This document shows positions 1 to 8,576 of a stretch of 32,211 nucleotides of DNA, piece after piece. The stretch covers positions 1-32,211 of the forward strand of contig CAYHUT010000001.1 in assembly GCA_964359835.1 (NCBI GenBank). The letters run 5' to 3'. The position numbers and the translations under genes are program-made. Position 1 is the first letter of the stretch, and each line of letters opens with the position of its first letter. The notes beneath the pieces are model-generated. The model searched no databases. It saw only the letters and a program-made list of their open reading frames with translations, and was not told the origin of the DNA. Source of the DNA: Candidatus Woesearchaeota archaeon. GTDB lineage: Archaea > Nanobdellota > Nanobdellia > SCGC-AAA011-G17 > GW2011-AR18.

Positions 1-161
1 GAAATCTGCTGATTTCCCAGCATACTGAATTCCACATATTTATTTGTGGTTGACATCTGTCAACCACCATTCAATAGAACACTAGAAGACCAAAGGTCTT
101 CGATGTGCCAAAGTTGCATAGCAACTTTAAGCATGGTGGAATTCATTATTTAAACATTTTT
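1..161 (+). repeat. Diverged copy (A) of a multi-hairpin structured element also found at 17792-17993 and 18457-18636. Candidate ncRNA or MITE-like element, possibly truncated by the window edge.
   Basis: Stems read directly: 26-35/136-145 (TGAATTCCAC/GTGGAATTCA), 47-55/58-66 (TGGTTGACA/TGTCAACCA), 85-91/95-101 (GAAGACC/GGTCTTC), 110-117/121-128 (AAAGTTGC/GCAACTTT). Alternative pairing 64-70/133-139 (CCACCAT/ATGGTGG). Unpaired flanks align with the B copies. Ends in a T5 run at 157-161. Confidence 0.55.
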
Positions 162-223
162 AGGATGCGGAGCAAAATAATAATTCTAACTGCACTAGCC
201 ACACTTCTCAAATCACAACAACA

Positions 224-231
224 TTTAAAAA
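224..231 (+). promoter_or_regulatory. TATA-like box for hef, implying a leaderless or very short leader transcript
   Basis: TTTAAAAA centred about 26 nt upstream of the hef ATG at 253. Confidence 0.35.
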
Positions 232-252
232 GCCTATTGCAACAATCTATCT

Positions 253-2451
253 ATGGATATTCAGAATTTCACTCCAAGAGCATACCAAGAATCAATTCTA
301 AAAAGCTGTTCAGTAAAAAACACATTAGTGGTCTTGCCAACAGGAATGGGTAAGACAAAAATAGCAGTTTTAACAGCAATAGACCGCATAAAACGCTACC
401 CTAACTCAAGAGTACTATTCCTCACACCAACAAAGCCATTAACCTCACAAATTCAAAAAGAATTCCAGGAATGCACTGACATAAAAAATGAAGAAATCTT
501 ACTTTTCACAGGTGCAATCTCACCAAAAAAACGTTCTTTATTAGAAAAAGATGCAAGAATAATTGTCTCAACACCTCAAACAATCTCAAATGATATTATC
601 AACGAAAGAATAAATCTAGAAAACTTTTCATTAGTAGTATTTGATGAAGCCCACAGGGCAACAGGAGATTATGCTTACACTTGGATTGCAAAAAATTACA
701 TGCAAAAATCACAATATCCGAGAATTCTAGCACTAACTGCTTCTCCAGGCTCAAATCTCGAAACAATAAAAGAAATTTGTAAAAATCTATCTATAGAAGA
801 AATTGAAGCAAGAACAGATGAAGATGAAGACGTAAAGAAATATGTCCAAGAATTAAATATTAATTGGATTAAAGTAGACTTGCCAGATGAATTTAAAATA
901 ATCCAAAGATTTCTAGAAGATGCAAAAAAAGATAGAATAGAATCATTAAAAACATTAACTAATATAAATGCCTCAAATTTTTCAAAGAAAGATATCATAG
1001 AAATGCTCGGACAGCTTCAAGGTAAAGTGGCTCACGGTGAACGTGATTTCCAACACTTAAAAGGAATTTCTTTACTCGCAGAACTAATGAAAATAGAATA
1101 TTCATTTGACCTTCTAGAAACCCAAGGAATTGAACCCCTATTCCAATACCTCCAAAGACTTTTCAAGGAAGCTGAAACAACAAAAACAAAAGCAACAAAA
1201 AACATAGCAAAAGACTCCAATATCCTTTCAGCATTCGCAAAAACAAAGGAACTTTCAAATAAAAAAGTGCAACATCCTAAATTAATAGAGCTAAAAAAAA
1301 TAATAGAAAGAAAAATATTAGAAGATCCAAATATAAAAATAATGATTTTTAATCAATACAGAGAATCCGCTAAAAACATCGAAGAAGTTTTAAAAACAAT
1401 ACCAAATATTACTCCAAAAATATTCGTTGGTCAAGCAAAGAAAATTGAAACAGGATTATCGCAAAAAAAACAAATTGAAATGTTAGATGATTTCAAAAAA
1501 AATATTATCAATTGCATAATCTCAACATCGATTGGTGAAGAAGGTTTAGATATTCCTAAAGTAGACTTAGTAATTTTTTATGAACCAATTCCAAGTGCAA
1601 TCCGCTCAATTCAAAGACGTGGAAGAACAGCAAGAACAGAAAAAGGTGAAGTTATAATTTTAATGACTAAAAACACAAGAGATGAAATTTCACATTGGAT
1701 TTCAAGAAATAAAGAAAAAAGTATGCATAAAACATTAAAAGATCTAAAATCAAAATTATCATTAGAACCCCAAGAACAGTCTCAACTAGCTAAGTTCGAA
1801 ACAAAACAATTTAAGATTTTAGCAGATTCTCGAGAAGGCAACTCAACAATTTTAAAAGAACTAATGGAACTTGGATTAAAAATTGAAACAAAATCTTTAG
1901 ATGTTGCTGATTATATAATTTCAGACAGAGTAGGAATAGAAAGGAAAACCGTTCAAGATTTTGTAAATTCAATTATAGACAAAAGAATATTAGGTCAACT
2001 AAAAAACCTTAGAAATAACTTTGAAAGTCCTATTCTAATTATAGAAGGTGATGAGGATATTTATTCAGTTAGAAATATTCATCCAAATGCAATTCGCGGT
2101 ATGCTCGCAACAATTGCAATCTCATTCTCAGTTCCAATTTTATACTCAAAATCACCACAAGATACTGCTGCAATAATCAAAGTAATTGCAAGAAGAGAAC
2201 AAGAAGATGAAAAAAAAGAATTTTCATTAAGATTAAAAAAGAAACCATTGACAACCAAAGAGCTTCAAGAATTTATAGTAGAATCACTGCCAGGTATTGG
2301 TCCAGCCTCTGCGAAGCAGCTATTAAGAGAAATTGGCTCAATTAAAAAAATCGCAAATTCAAATCACGAATTATTAAAAAAAGTTGATGGAATTGGCCCA
2401 AAGCGTGCTGAAGAAATCCAAAAGATTTTAGAAGAGGAATATAAAGATTAA
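253..2451 (+). CDS. hef: Hef-type helicase/nuclease: SF2 helicase fused to an ERCC4/XPF nuclease and an HhH2 domain
   Basis: 732-aa ORF. Helicase motifs PTGMGKT, FDEAH, TASPG and QRRGRTAR. C-terminal ERCC4 motif GIERKTVQDF. Two helix-hairpin-helix motifs, LPGIGPASAKQLL and VDGIGPKRAEEI. Confidence 0.93.
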   Translation: MDIQNFTPRAYQESILKSCSVKNTLVVLPTGMGKTKIAVLTAIDRIKRYPNSRVLFLTPTKPLTSQIQKEFQECTDIKNEEILLFTGAISPKKRSLLEKDARIIVSTPQTISNDIINERINLENFSLVVFDEAHRATGDYAYTWIAKNYMQKSQYPRILALTASPGSNLETIKEICKNLSIEEIEARTDEDEDVKKYVQELNINWIKVDLPDEFKIIQRFLEDAKKDRIESLKTLTNINASNFSKKDIIEMLGQLQGKVAHGERDFQHLKGISLLAELMKIEYSFDLLETQGIEPLFQYLQRLFKEAETTKTKATKNIAKDSNILSAFAKTKELSNKKVQHPKLIELKKIIERKILEDPNIKIMIFNQYRESAKNIEEVLKTIPNITPKIFVGQAKKIETGLSQKKQIEMLDDFKKNIINCIISTSIGEEGLDIPKVDLVIFYEPIPSAIRSIQRRGRTARTEKGEVIILMTKNTRDEISHWISRNKEKSMHKTLKDLKSKLSLEPQEQSQLAKFETKQFKILADSREGNSTILKELMELGLKIETKSLDVADYIISDRVGIERKTVQDFVNSIIDKRILGQLKNLRNNFESPILIIEGDEDIYSVRNIHPNAIRGMLATIAISFSVPILYSKSPQDTAAIIKVIARREQEDEKKEFSLRLKKKPLTTKELQEFIVESLPGIGPASAKQLLREIGSIKKIANSNHELLKKVDGIGPKRAEEIQKILEEEYKD

Positions 2452-2984
2452 AATTTATACTCTTCCACTTTCCCATAAACAGCGCTCTGGTTGTTCAAAG
2501 TGCTTTTATACAATGTAAATGAATTAATCTTAAATTTAATTTTTTCAACATTAATCTTTTTCAAGTCAGTTAAAAACTCTTTCTTAAATTTAATTAATTT
2601 AACACGTCCAATAGTTAAATGCGTTTTAAACTGCACATCAGATTTGGAAAATAACAAAGTCTCCTCATCAACAAATCTCGCTAATTTTATAACCTCTTCT
2701 TCAGGCTTTAAACCAACCCATAAAACATTTGGAGATTCTAAAGAAGGAAATGCTCCAAAACCATTTAAATTAGCAGAAAACTCTTTAAACTTTATTATTC
2801 TAAGCAACTCTTTCAATTCATCCAACTTAGAATCATCAACTTCTCCAAGAAATTTCAAAGTCAAATGTAAATTTTTCTTATGAACCCAACTAACCTTGCC
2901 ATTATTTTTATTTAAACTTCTTTGTAAATCATACAAATAATCTTTTACATTGTCCGGTAAGTCAATTGCTATAAACAATCTCAT
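2448..2984 (-). CDS. thpR: RNA 2',3'-cyclic phosphodiesterase / 2'-5' RNA ligase family (2H phosphoesterase)
   Basis: 178 aa. Two H-x-T-x motifs (HLTLKFLG, HLTIGRV) at the typical spacing. N-terminus MRLFIAIDLP is typical of the family. Its stop overlaps the hef stop (convergent, 4 nt). Confidence 0.88.
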   Translation of the reverse strand: MRLFIAIDLPDNVKDYLYDLQRSLNKNNGKVSWVHKKNLHLTLKFLGEVDDSKLDELKELLRIIKFKEFSANLNGFGAFPSLESPNVLWVGLKPEEEVIKLARFVDEETLLFSKSDVQFKTHLTIGRVKLIKFKKEFLTDLKKINVEKIKFKINSFTLYKSTLNNQSAVYGKVEEYKF

Positions 2985-3714
2985 TGTTAAACTCCTTTGC
3001 TAATCTAACAATTAAAGAGGTTGTTAACTTGTTTATATCCTTATCTGGATTACCTTCAACAATATCCACGAACTTTAAATTCTTCATCCTCTTTATTCTA
3101 GAAATGAAATATAATAAATCAGCACTTGAAATCCCTCCAGGTTCGATGTAACCCGTTCCGGGTGCAAAGCTAGGGTCGCAAACATCAATATCAATGCTCA
3201 AATACAAGGCATTCCATTCAATTGCCCTCTCCATAATTAAAGTGCAAACATCTTCAACACCCAATTCAATTATCTTGCGAATGTCAAAATAAACAATCTT
3301 CTTAAGATTCAAATAATCTTGTTCCTCTTTTGAAATATTTCTCAGGCCAATCAAAACAATTTTTGAAGCATCTAATTTTCCATCTTCAATTAAAACGCGC
3401 AAATAATCCTCATGTGTTGGTGGTTTGAAATTACTCTGTAAATCCGGATGTGCATCAAAAACTATTATTCCAGAATTTAAATTATTAAAAGCAAATGCAT
3501 TAAAACAAGAATAGGTTATTGAATGGTCTCCGCCAATAATCAAAGCTTTTTTAACATTTTTCAAGGAATCAAATATCGATGAATTAGTCTGCCCAATATT
3601 ATCCTGAAAACAAGAAATCATTTTAATACTTTTAGAAACAGCAGCAGGCATCTTCTCACAGCCCAAATTCTTTCCAAGAGAACCTTTACTAAAAGCTATT
3701 CCGAATATTTCCAT
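2962..3714 (-). CDS. Arginase/agmatinase/formiminoglutamase-family ureohydrolase; substrate not assignable
   Basis: 250 aa with the Mn-binding motifs GGDHSITY, DAHPDL and SIDIDVCDP. Short for the family. The 3' end overlaps the thpR start by 23 nt. Confidence 0.8.
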   Translation of the reverse strand: MEIFGIAFSKGSLGKNLGCEKMPAAVSKSIKMISCFQDNIGQTNSSIFDSLKNVKKALIIGGDHSITYSCFNAFAFNNLNSGIIVFDAHPDLQSNFKPPTHEDYLRVLIEDGKLDASKIVLIGLRNISKEEQDYLNLKKIVYFDIRKIIELGVEDVCTLIMERAIEWNALYLSIDIDVCDPSFAPGTGYIEPGGISSADLLYFISRIKRMKNLKFVDIVEGNPDKDINKLTTSLIVRLAKEFNNEIVYSN

Positions 3715-3782
3715 TGTAGTTCATTATCATAAATTCTTTTTTAGCGAAGTTGCCGGGACAGGTTAGGAGCACAAGGCCACCA

Positions 3783-4949
3783 CTAGCCGAACATACTAAC
3801 AGCATCTTTTTCTAATTCATCAACAACATTCACTTTTTCAACAGCCTTAACAAAATCATCAGTTAAAACCTTATATCTATTCTCGCGAATTGCAAAATAA
3901 CCCGCTTCAGTACAAACTGATCTTATATCTGCACCTGAAAAATTCTCAGTCTTATCTAATAAACTATCAAAATCAATTTTATCTAAACTCATTTCTTTTG
4001 AGTGAATATTAAAAATATGTTTTCTTCCTTCCTTTTCAGGCAATGGCACTTCAATCAATCTGTCAAATCTACCTGGACGAAGTATAGCGGGGTCTAAAAT
4101 ATCAATTCTATTTGTTGCAGCAATTATTTTTACATTATCTAAATTATTAAAACCATCAATCTCAGCAAGAAGTTGCATGAAAGTTCTTTGAACCTCACGT
4201 TCTCCAGAAGTTCCAATATCCAACCTCTTGGCAGCCAATGCATCAATCTCATCAATAAAAACAATTGCAGGTTTTTTCTCTCTAGCTAATTGAAAAATAT
4301 CACGAACTAACTTTGCACCGTCTCCAATATATTTTTGCACTAATTCAGAAGCAACGATCTCAATGAAAGTGGCATTGCAGCTGCTCGCAACAGCTTTAGC
4401 AAGCAAAGTCTTGCCTGTTCCAGGCTCGCCATAAAGTAAAACGCCTTTAGGGGGGATAATACCTATTTTTTTAAATAATTCAGGTTTTTCTAGAGGTAAT
4501 TCTACAACTTCCTTGAGTTCATTAATTTGTTTGTCAAGTCCGCCAATAAAATCCCATTTAATAGTCGGTCTTTCAACAGTTACAAAAGATTCAACATCAA
4601 AATTTTTAATCTTTTCAAGTTTTTTTATAACAGTCAAAGATTTCTGTTCAACTAAAATAGAATCGCCTGAATCAACACTAACACCATTTGCAATATTAAC
4701 ATAAAAACAATTACCGTTAGGTATCTTTATAATTGCCTTGCCATCAACAACCTTTTTAACATCACAAACAAGTAAAGGAGTCTCTTTAAATTTAGCCATT
4801 TCAGTCTTCATATGGAATAAACTGGCCTTTAAGAACTTATTTTCCTCTTGTAAGCTCAAAAGCTCCTTATTATTAAAAAATTCTTTTATTTCGTTTCTTA
4901 TTTCAGCATTAGGAATTTTTTGAGACTCTTCATTCTTAGTTTTTAACAT
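3783..4949 (-). CDS. pan: Proteasome-activating nucleotidase (AAA+ ATPase)
   Basis: Walker A GEPGTGKT, Walker B VFIDEID, N-terminal coiled coil then an OB-like segment. Start placed at Met36 of the track ORF (ATG ending at 4949), giving 388 aa, the usual PAN size. A TTTATTAA-like box lies ~35 nt upstream. The start at 5054 is not excluded. Confidence 0.9.
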   Translation of the reverse strand: MLKTKNEESQKIPNAEIRNEIKEFFNNKELLSLQEENKFLKASLFHMKTEMAKFKETPLLVCDVKKVVDGKAIIKIPNGNCFYVNIANGVSVDSGDSILVEQKSLTVIKKLEKIKNFDVESFVTVERPTIKWDFIGGLDKQINELKEVVELPLEKPELFKKIGIIPPKGVLLYGEPGTGKTLLAKAVASSCNATFIEIVASELVQKYIGDGAKLVRDIFQLAREKKPAIVFIDEIDALAAKRLDIGTSGEREVQRTFMQLLAEIDGFNNLDNVKIIAATNRIDILDPAILRPGRFDRLIEVPLPEKEGRKHIFNIHSKEMSLDKIDFDSLLDKTENFSGADIRSVCTEAGYFAIRENRYKVLTDDFVKAVEKVNVVDELEKDAVSMFG

Positions 4950-5063
4950 TTTAGTACCCTTAAACAAAAAGTCTAAAAAATTAATAAACCTTTCTATTAT
5001 TTCGAGAAAATTCATCCAAAAAACACTAAAAACCTTTTTTAACTCCAAAATCAAACAAATAAA

Positions 5064-5378
5064 ATGAAAGATTCAACAATTACTAAGTTTTGTTTTGCTA
5101 TTTTTTTAATAGGAATTTTAATATTAATGGCAATAACAAATAGTTTAGAAACACCTAAAACTGCAATAATCCAAAAAATCAACAGCAATACAAAAATCCT
5201 AAATATTACCGTCAAAATAGATAACAAAACATACACAGTATTCACTTTCCAAAAGAACTCTATGGCAATCAAGGAAGGCGACTATATCCAAATTGAAGGA
5301 ATAATAAATAACAACCTAATAACTCCAAAAAAGATATCAAAACTTACAATTTCTACTAAAGGATTGATACAACAGTGA
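5064..5378 (+). CDS. Hypothetical small membrane-anchored protein: N-terminal TM/signal anchor plus a beta-rich, possibly OB-like domain
   Basis: 104-aa ORF. Hydrophobic segment FCFAIFLIGILILMAI followed by a polar beta-like sequence. Preferred over the antisense 5051-5272 ORF, which is a featureless hydrophobic string. Confidence 0.45.
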   Translation: MKDSTITKFCFAIFLIGILILMAITNSLETPKTAIIQKINSNTKILNITVKIDNKTYTVFTFQKNSMAIKEGDYIQIEGIINNNLITPKKISKLTISTKGLIQQ

Positions 5379-5401
5379 ACTTTGTTGTATTTTACAAAGT
5401 T
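5378..5401 (+). terminator. Hairpin at the stop codon of the 5064-5378 ORF, followed by a T-rich tract
   Basis: 8-bp stem 5378-5385/5394-5401 (AACTTTGT/ACAAAGTT) with an 8-nt loop. Confidence 0.3.
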
Positions 5402-5405
5402 TACT

Positions 5406-5446
5406 TTGAGGATTTTGAGGTATATAGTATTATTCAAAATCCTCAA
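5406..5446. promoter_or_regulatory. 12-bp perfect inverted repeat; terminator or operator between the 5064 ORF and the 5531 gene
   Basis: TTGAGGATTTTG (5406-5417) and CAAAATCCTCAA (5435-5446), with a 17-nt spacer. Confidence 0.35.
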
Positions 5447-5530
5447 CAGAATAATTGTATTACACAAGAGATAAATATATAAATCAGTAAGTGGAATTAA
5501 GAGCATAAACTAATATTCGGAGGAAAAAAG

Positions 5531-6265
5531 ATGGATCATATCAAACGTAATGTTTCTAAACTTGTTGACGATGTAGAGAGTAAACAAGATGGCCCTTTTA
5601 CAAAAATTATTCCAGCATTAATAAAAAAAGGCTTAGAGAATGTAAACCTTTCTATGTTTACTGAAGAGAAGAGAAAAGAACTTTTTAATGCGGCTGGTGA
5701 AGAATATGTAAAAAGGAATCAGGTTATGGATGCAATTAGAACATTCAAAATGACTGATAATAAACAAAGACTTATGGAAATTGGTGATGAACATGCCAAA
5801 GTCGGTTTATTCCAACAAGCAATTGAAGCTTATAGATTAGCAGAAGCAAAGGATAAATTATTAAAAGTTGGTGATAAATGTTTGGAAGAAGGACATATTA
5901 CTGAAGCAATTGCAGCTTTCAAAATTCTAGGTGATGAAGAAAGATTAAACAAAGTCGGAGATCACTGCCTTGAAAAAGGAAAAATAGATTTTGCAATTGA
6001 AGTTTATTCAGCTCTTGAAAATAAAAACAAACTTTTAAGTCTTGGTGACAGATGTTTCAGGGAAAAACAATTTACTCATTCCGCTAAAGCATTTGAATTA
6101 GCAGATGATAAAGAACGCTTAAACAGAGTTGCTGAAGAATTCATGAAGATGGGTCTTCTTGCAAATGCACTAAGAGCATATGAAGCTGGTGACAATCAAA
6201 TGATGGTCCAATTCATCAAAGAAAACTTTGCTGAAAAAGGCATGGCTGCAAAGGTTTATATTTAG
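5531..6265 (+). CDS. Hypothetical protein built from tandem 29-aa helical repeats (TPR-like, family not recognised)
   Basis: 244 aa. Residues 81-225 are five exact-period 29-aa units with pattern L..(V/I)GD......G.....A..A(Y/F)..(A/L)....... One looser unit precedes them. DNA period is 87 nt over 5771-6205. Confidence 0.7.
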   Translation: MDHIKRNVSKLVDDVESKQDGPFTKIIPALIKKGLENVNLSMFTEEKRKELFNAAGEEYVKRNQVMDAIRTFKMTDNKQRLMEIGDEHAKVGLFQQAIEAYRLAEAKDKLLKVGDKCLEEGHITEAIAAFKILGDEERLNKVGDHCLEKGKIDFAIEVYSALENKNKLLSLGDRCFREKQFTHSAKAFELADDKERLNRVAEEFMKMGLLANALRAYEAGDNQMMVQFIKENFAEKGMAAKVYI

Positions 6266-6344
6266 TTCAAACTTAGACGAGAGGTCTGCAACGTAAGTGA
6301 GGAACTCATAGTTAAGTGAGAATTAAATTTCTTTTTTTATATTT

Positions 6345-6749
6345 ATGAATCCTGAATCAGACTATATTTTATTTGTAAAGGCCCTCTTAACTAAAGGCTT
6401 TGATACATTTAATCTAGAAAATTTCTCAGAATATCAAAAAAAAGACATTGAAAAAGCAGCTGAAACATTTATTGAACGTTCTTTATTCATAGATGCAATT
6501 CATACATATTATATGCTAAGAAACACAAACAAATTAAATGAGGTCGGAGAATTCTGTTTAAAAAATAAACAAAATGAATATGCATACGAAGCATTTAAAC
6601 TTGCAGATAATAAAGAAGGTTTAACAAGAACAGGCGATGCGTTTCTAGCAAATGCAGAAATTGAGAAAGCTCATTCAGCATTTAAACTTGCACAAAATGA
6701 TATAATGATTGCATTTATTGAAGCTAACTTCAATCAAGGTTTTAAATAA
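6345..6749 (+). CDS. Shorter paralog of the 5531-6265 repeat protein, with three repeat units
   Basis: 134 aa. The N-terminal region, the repeats (LNEVGEFCLKN..AYEAFKLADNKEG, LTRTGDAFLAN..AHSAFKLAQNDIM) and the C-terminal FIEANF tail all align with the upstream protein (tail FIKENF). Confidence 0.7.
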   Translation: MNPESDYILFVKALLTKGFDTFNLENFSEYQKKDIEKAAETFIERSLFIDAIHTYYMLRNTNKLNEVGEFCLKNKQNEYAYEAFKLADNKEGLTRTGDAFLANAEIEKAHSAFKLAQNDIMIAFIEANFNQGFK

Positions 6750-6809
6750 TGGAAAATCTTTCCAATAAATTCAACAAACCTTTATTAATTCTTAATACCA
6801 ATATCTTAA

Positions 6810-7988
6810 ATGATAATAGAAACCTTAATAGCAATAACAATTGGCATCTTAATAGGCATAATTTCGGGTTTAATTCCGGGTATTCATGTAAATCTAATTT
6901 CATCATTATCCATTCTATTTTACAATGAAATTTCAAACAAATTTCCAGCAATTCTAATAATAATCGCATTGACAGCAATGCTTACAACAGCCATTTTCTT
7001 GAATTTTATACCTTCTTTAATTTTGGGTGTCCCAGATCCTGAAAAAACACTAATGATGAAACCTTTACATAGGGCAATATTAAAAGGTAAAGCTTACTTA
7101 ATTATAAAGCAAATATCAATATCTTTAATAATAACATCATTAACTTGCATTGTGCTCTTGCCATTAGCATATTTAATTATAAAAAATACAAGTATATTCA
7201 CAAAATTCATTCCTTATATATTAATGGTGGTTATTATTTTAAATTTTAAAAAAGAAAAAAATAAATTATTAGGTATTACAATCACACTTTTAGCGGGTAT
7301 TCTTGGAATAACAACATTTTCAATCGAACAGCTAAAGGAGCCTTTACTGCCTTTGCTATCAGGCCTATTTGGAATAAGTTCAATTATTGACTCAATTAAT
7401 CAACAACCTAAATTCAAGAAACAATTTTTTTCAATACACACAAGAATAAATAAAAAAGAACTAATAAAAATTCCTTTCTACACATCATTGGTTTCACTTT
7501 TTTCATTTATACCAGCGGTTTCCTCATCTCAATTTGTAAATATAATAAAAAAAGATGAAAAGACATATGCATTAACCTGTTCATCATTTACAATTTCAAC
7601 AGCTTTAATTAGTTTCATAACTGTTTATACATTAAATAAAGCGAGAAATGGGGTAGCAGTTGCATCAATATCTTTTTTAGCTAACATCAACCAAATAAAT
7701 TTAATAATTATTGTCTCAACGATTTTAATCTCAACAGCAATAGCAACGCTCTTATTAATTAAATTTTCAAAAATAATTTTAAAAAATATGAATTTAATAC
7801 CTTATAAAAAACTTTCAATAAGCGTATTAATATTAATTATAGTTTTAACAATAGTTATAGCTGGTTTCTGGGGGATTATAATAGCAATATTAGCAACCTG
7901 CTTAGGTTTAATTTGCTCGAAACTGGAATTAAATAGAAATTACTTAATGGCATCATTAATAATCCCCACAATTTTTTATTTTATTTAA
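6810..7988 (+). CDS. Polytopic membrane protein, TctA/DUF112-like (tripartite tricarboxylate transporter large subunit family)
   Basis: 392 aa, about 10 hydrophobic segments. N-terminal GIISGLIPGIH resembles the G..PG(I/L) signature of TctA/DUF112. Family call made from motif memory only. Confidence 0.5.
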   Translation: MIIETLIAITIGILIGIISGLIPGIHVNLISSLSILFYNEISNKFPAILIIIALTAMLTTAIFLNFIPSLILGVPDPEKTLMMKPLHRAILKGKAYLIIKQISISLIITSLTCIVLLPLAYLIIKNTSIFTKFIPYILMVVIILNFKKEKNKLLGITITLLAGILGITTFSIEQLKEPLLPLLSGLFGISSIIDSINQQPKFKKQFFSIHTRINKKELIKIPFYTSLVSLFSFIPAVSSSQFVNIIKKDEKTYALTCSSFTISTALISFITVYTLNKARNGVAVASISFLANINQINLIIIVSTILISTAIATLLLIKFSKIILKNMNLIPYKKLSISVLILIIVLTIVIAGFWGIIIAILATCLGLICSKLELNRNYLMASLIIPTIFYFI

Positions 7989-8395
7989 GGTTTGAGTTTT
8001 ATCTTCTTCGCAAAATAACCGCCAAATTCCAGGATTAAATAACAAACTAATACAAATAAAATAGATTCCAAATAGAAGCCTAAACCAATTCCTATTCCAG
8101 CACAAGCAATTAACCATATACTTGCGGCTGTTGTTAAACCTGAAACAGTCTCAGCACTATTCATTATTGCACCAGCCCCTAAGAAACCAATACCTGTAAT
8201 AATTGCAGCAAGCATTTGAGTATTATCTTTTCCATATTGTAGGGAAATTAAAGAAACAAGAGTTGAACCTAAACAAACAAGCATAATTGTCCTAAAACCT
8301 GCTGGTCTATGTCTTCTTTCCCTTTCATAACCAATTAAACCACCAAGAATAACTGCTAAAACTAATTTAAGTAACACCTCATTAACCATAATCAA
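7985..8395 (-). CDS. mgtC: MgtC/SapB-family membrane protein
   Basis: 136 aa. LAVILGGLIGYERERRHRPAGFRT plus four TM segments is the characteristic MgtC N-terminal domain. Confidence 0.85.
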   Translation of the reverse strand: MIMVNEVLLKLVLAVILGGLIGYERERRHRPAGFRTIMLVCLGSTLVSLISLQYGKDNTQMLAAIITGIGFLGAGAIMNSAETVSGLTTAASIWLIACAGIGIGLGFYLESILFVLVCYLILEFGGYFAKKIKLKP

Positions 8396-8432
8396 AAAAG
8401 ACTAAACTAATTAATAAACCTTACTAATAGCT

Positions 8433-8513
8433 ATAAAGACAAAGGTTGATTATAATTTGTTTGTCTTTATCTATCTATTAACCGACACATCTATGCTTTA
8501 ATAATGTCGGTTA
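8433..8513. promoter_or_regulatory. Two adjacent inverted repeats in the divergent intergenic region between mgtC and the 8577 ORF
   Basis: ATAAAGACAAA (8433-8443) / TTTGTCTTTAT (8460-8470), 11 bp with a 16-nt spacer. TAACCGACA (8479-8487) / TGTCGGTTA (8505-8513), 9 bp with a 17-nt spacer. Confidence 0.4.
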
Positions 8514-8576
8514 CTAATAAACAAAAAGTATTATATAAGAGTAACACTTATAATAATCATAAAGAGGTATAAAATC

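Noticed and set aside
105-353. 82-aa GTG-start ORF overlapping the structured element A and the hef start
   Set aside because: It lies over the hairpin-rich non-coding element and the hef promoter and start. Its sequence is low-complexity with no motif, so it is most likely a chance ORF.
696-1220. Antisense ORFs 696-998 and 1032-1220 inside hef
   Set aside because: They are fully embedded antisense to a confidently identified gene. They show the S/F/I-rich composition typical of reverse-strand reading of A-rich codons.
2491-2883. 130-aa plus-strand ORF inside thpR
   Set aside because: It is antisense to a gene with clear 2H motifs, and its own sequence is low-complexity.
3742-3787. GC-rich island as a tRNA or split-tRNA half
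   Set aside because: I could not draw acceptor/D/anticodon/T stems on either strand. It is kept only as a low-interest observation.
4513-5054. Plus-strand ORFs 4513-4704 and 4738-4923, and the 35-codon N-terminal extension of pan (4950-5054)
   Set aside because: The two ORFs are antisense to pan. The extension is hydrophobic and phenylalanine-rich, unlike PAN N-termini. A Met at 4949 gives the normal protein length with a TATA-like box upstream.
5051-5506. Minus-strand ORFs 5051-5272 and 5282-5506
   Set aside because: The first is a featureless hydrophobic string overlapping the more protein-like plus-strand ORF. The second covers the hairpin-rich intergenic region. Neither has a convincing promoter or start context.
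6742-6978. 78-aa minus-strand ORF overlapping the TctA-like gene start
   Set aside because: It is antisense to the start of a long membrane-protein gene and Leu-rich low-complexity.
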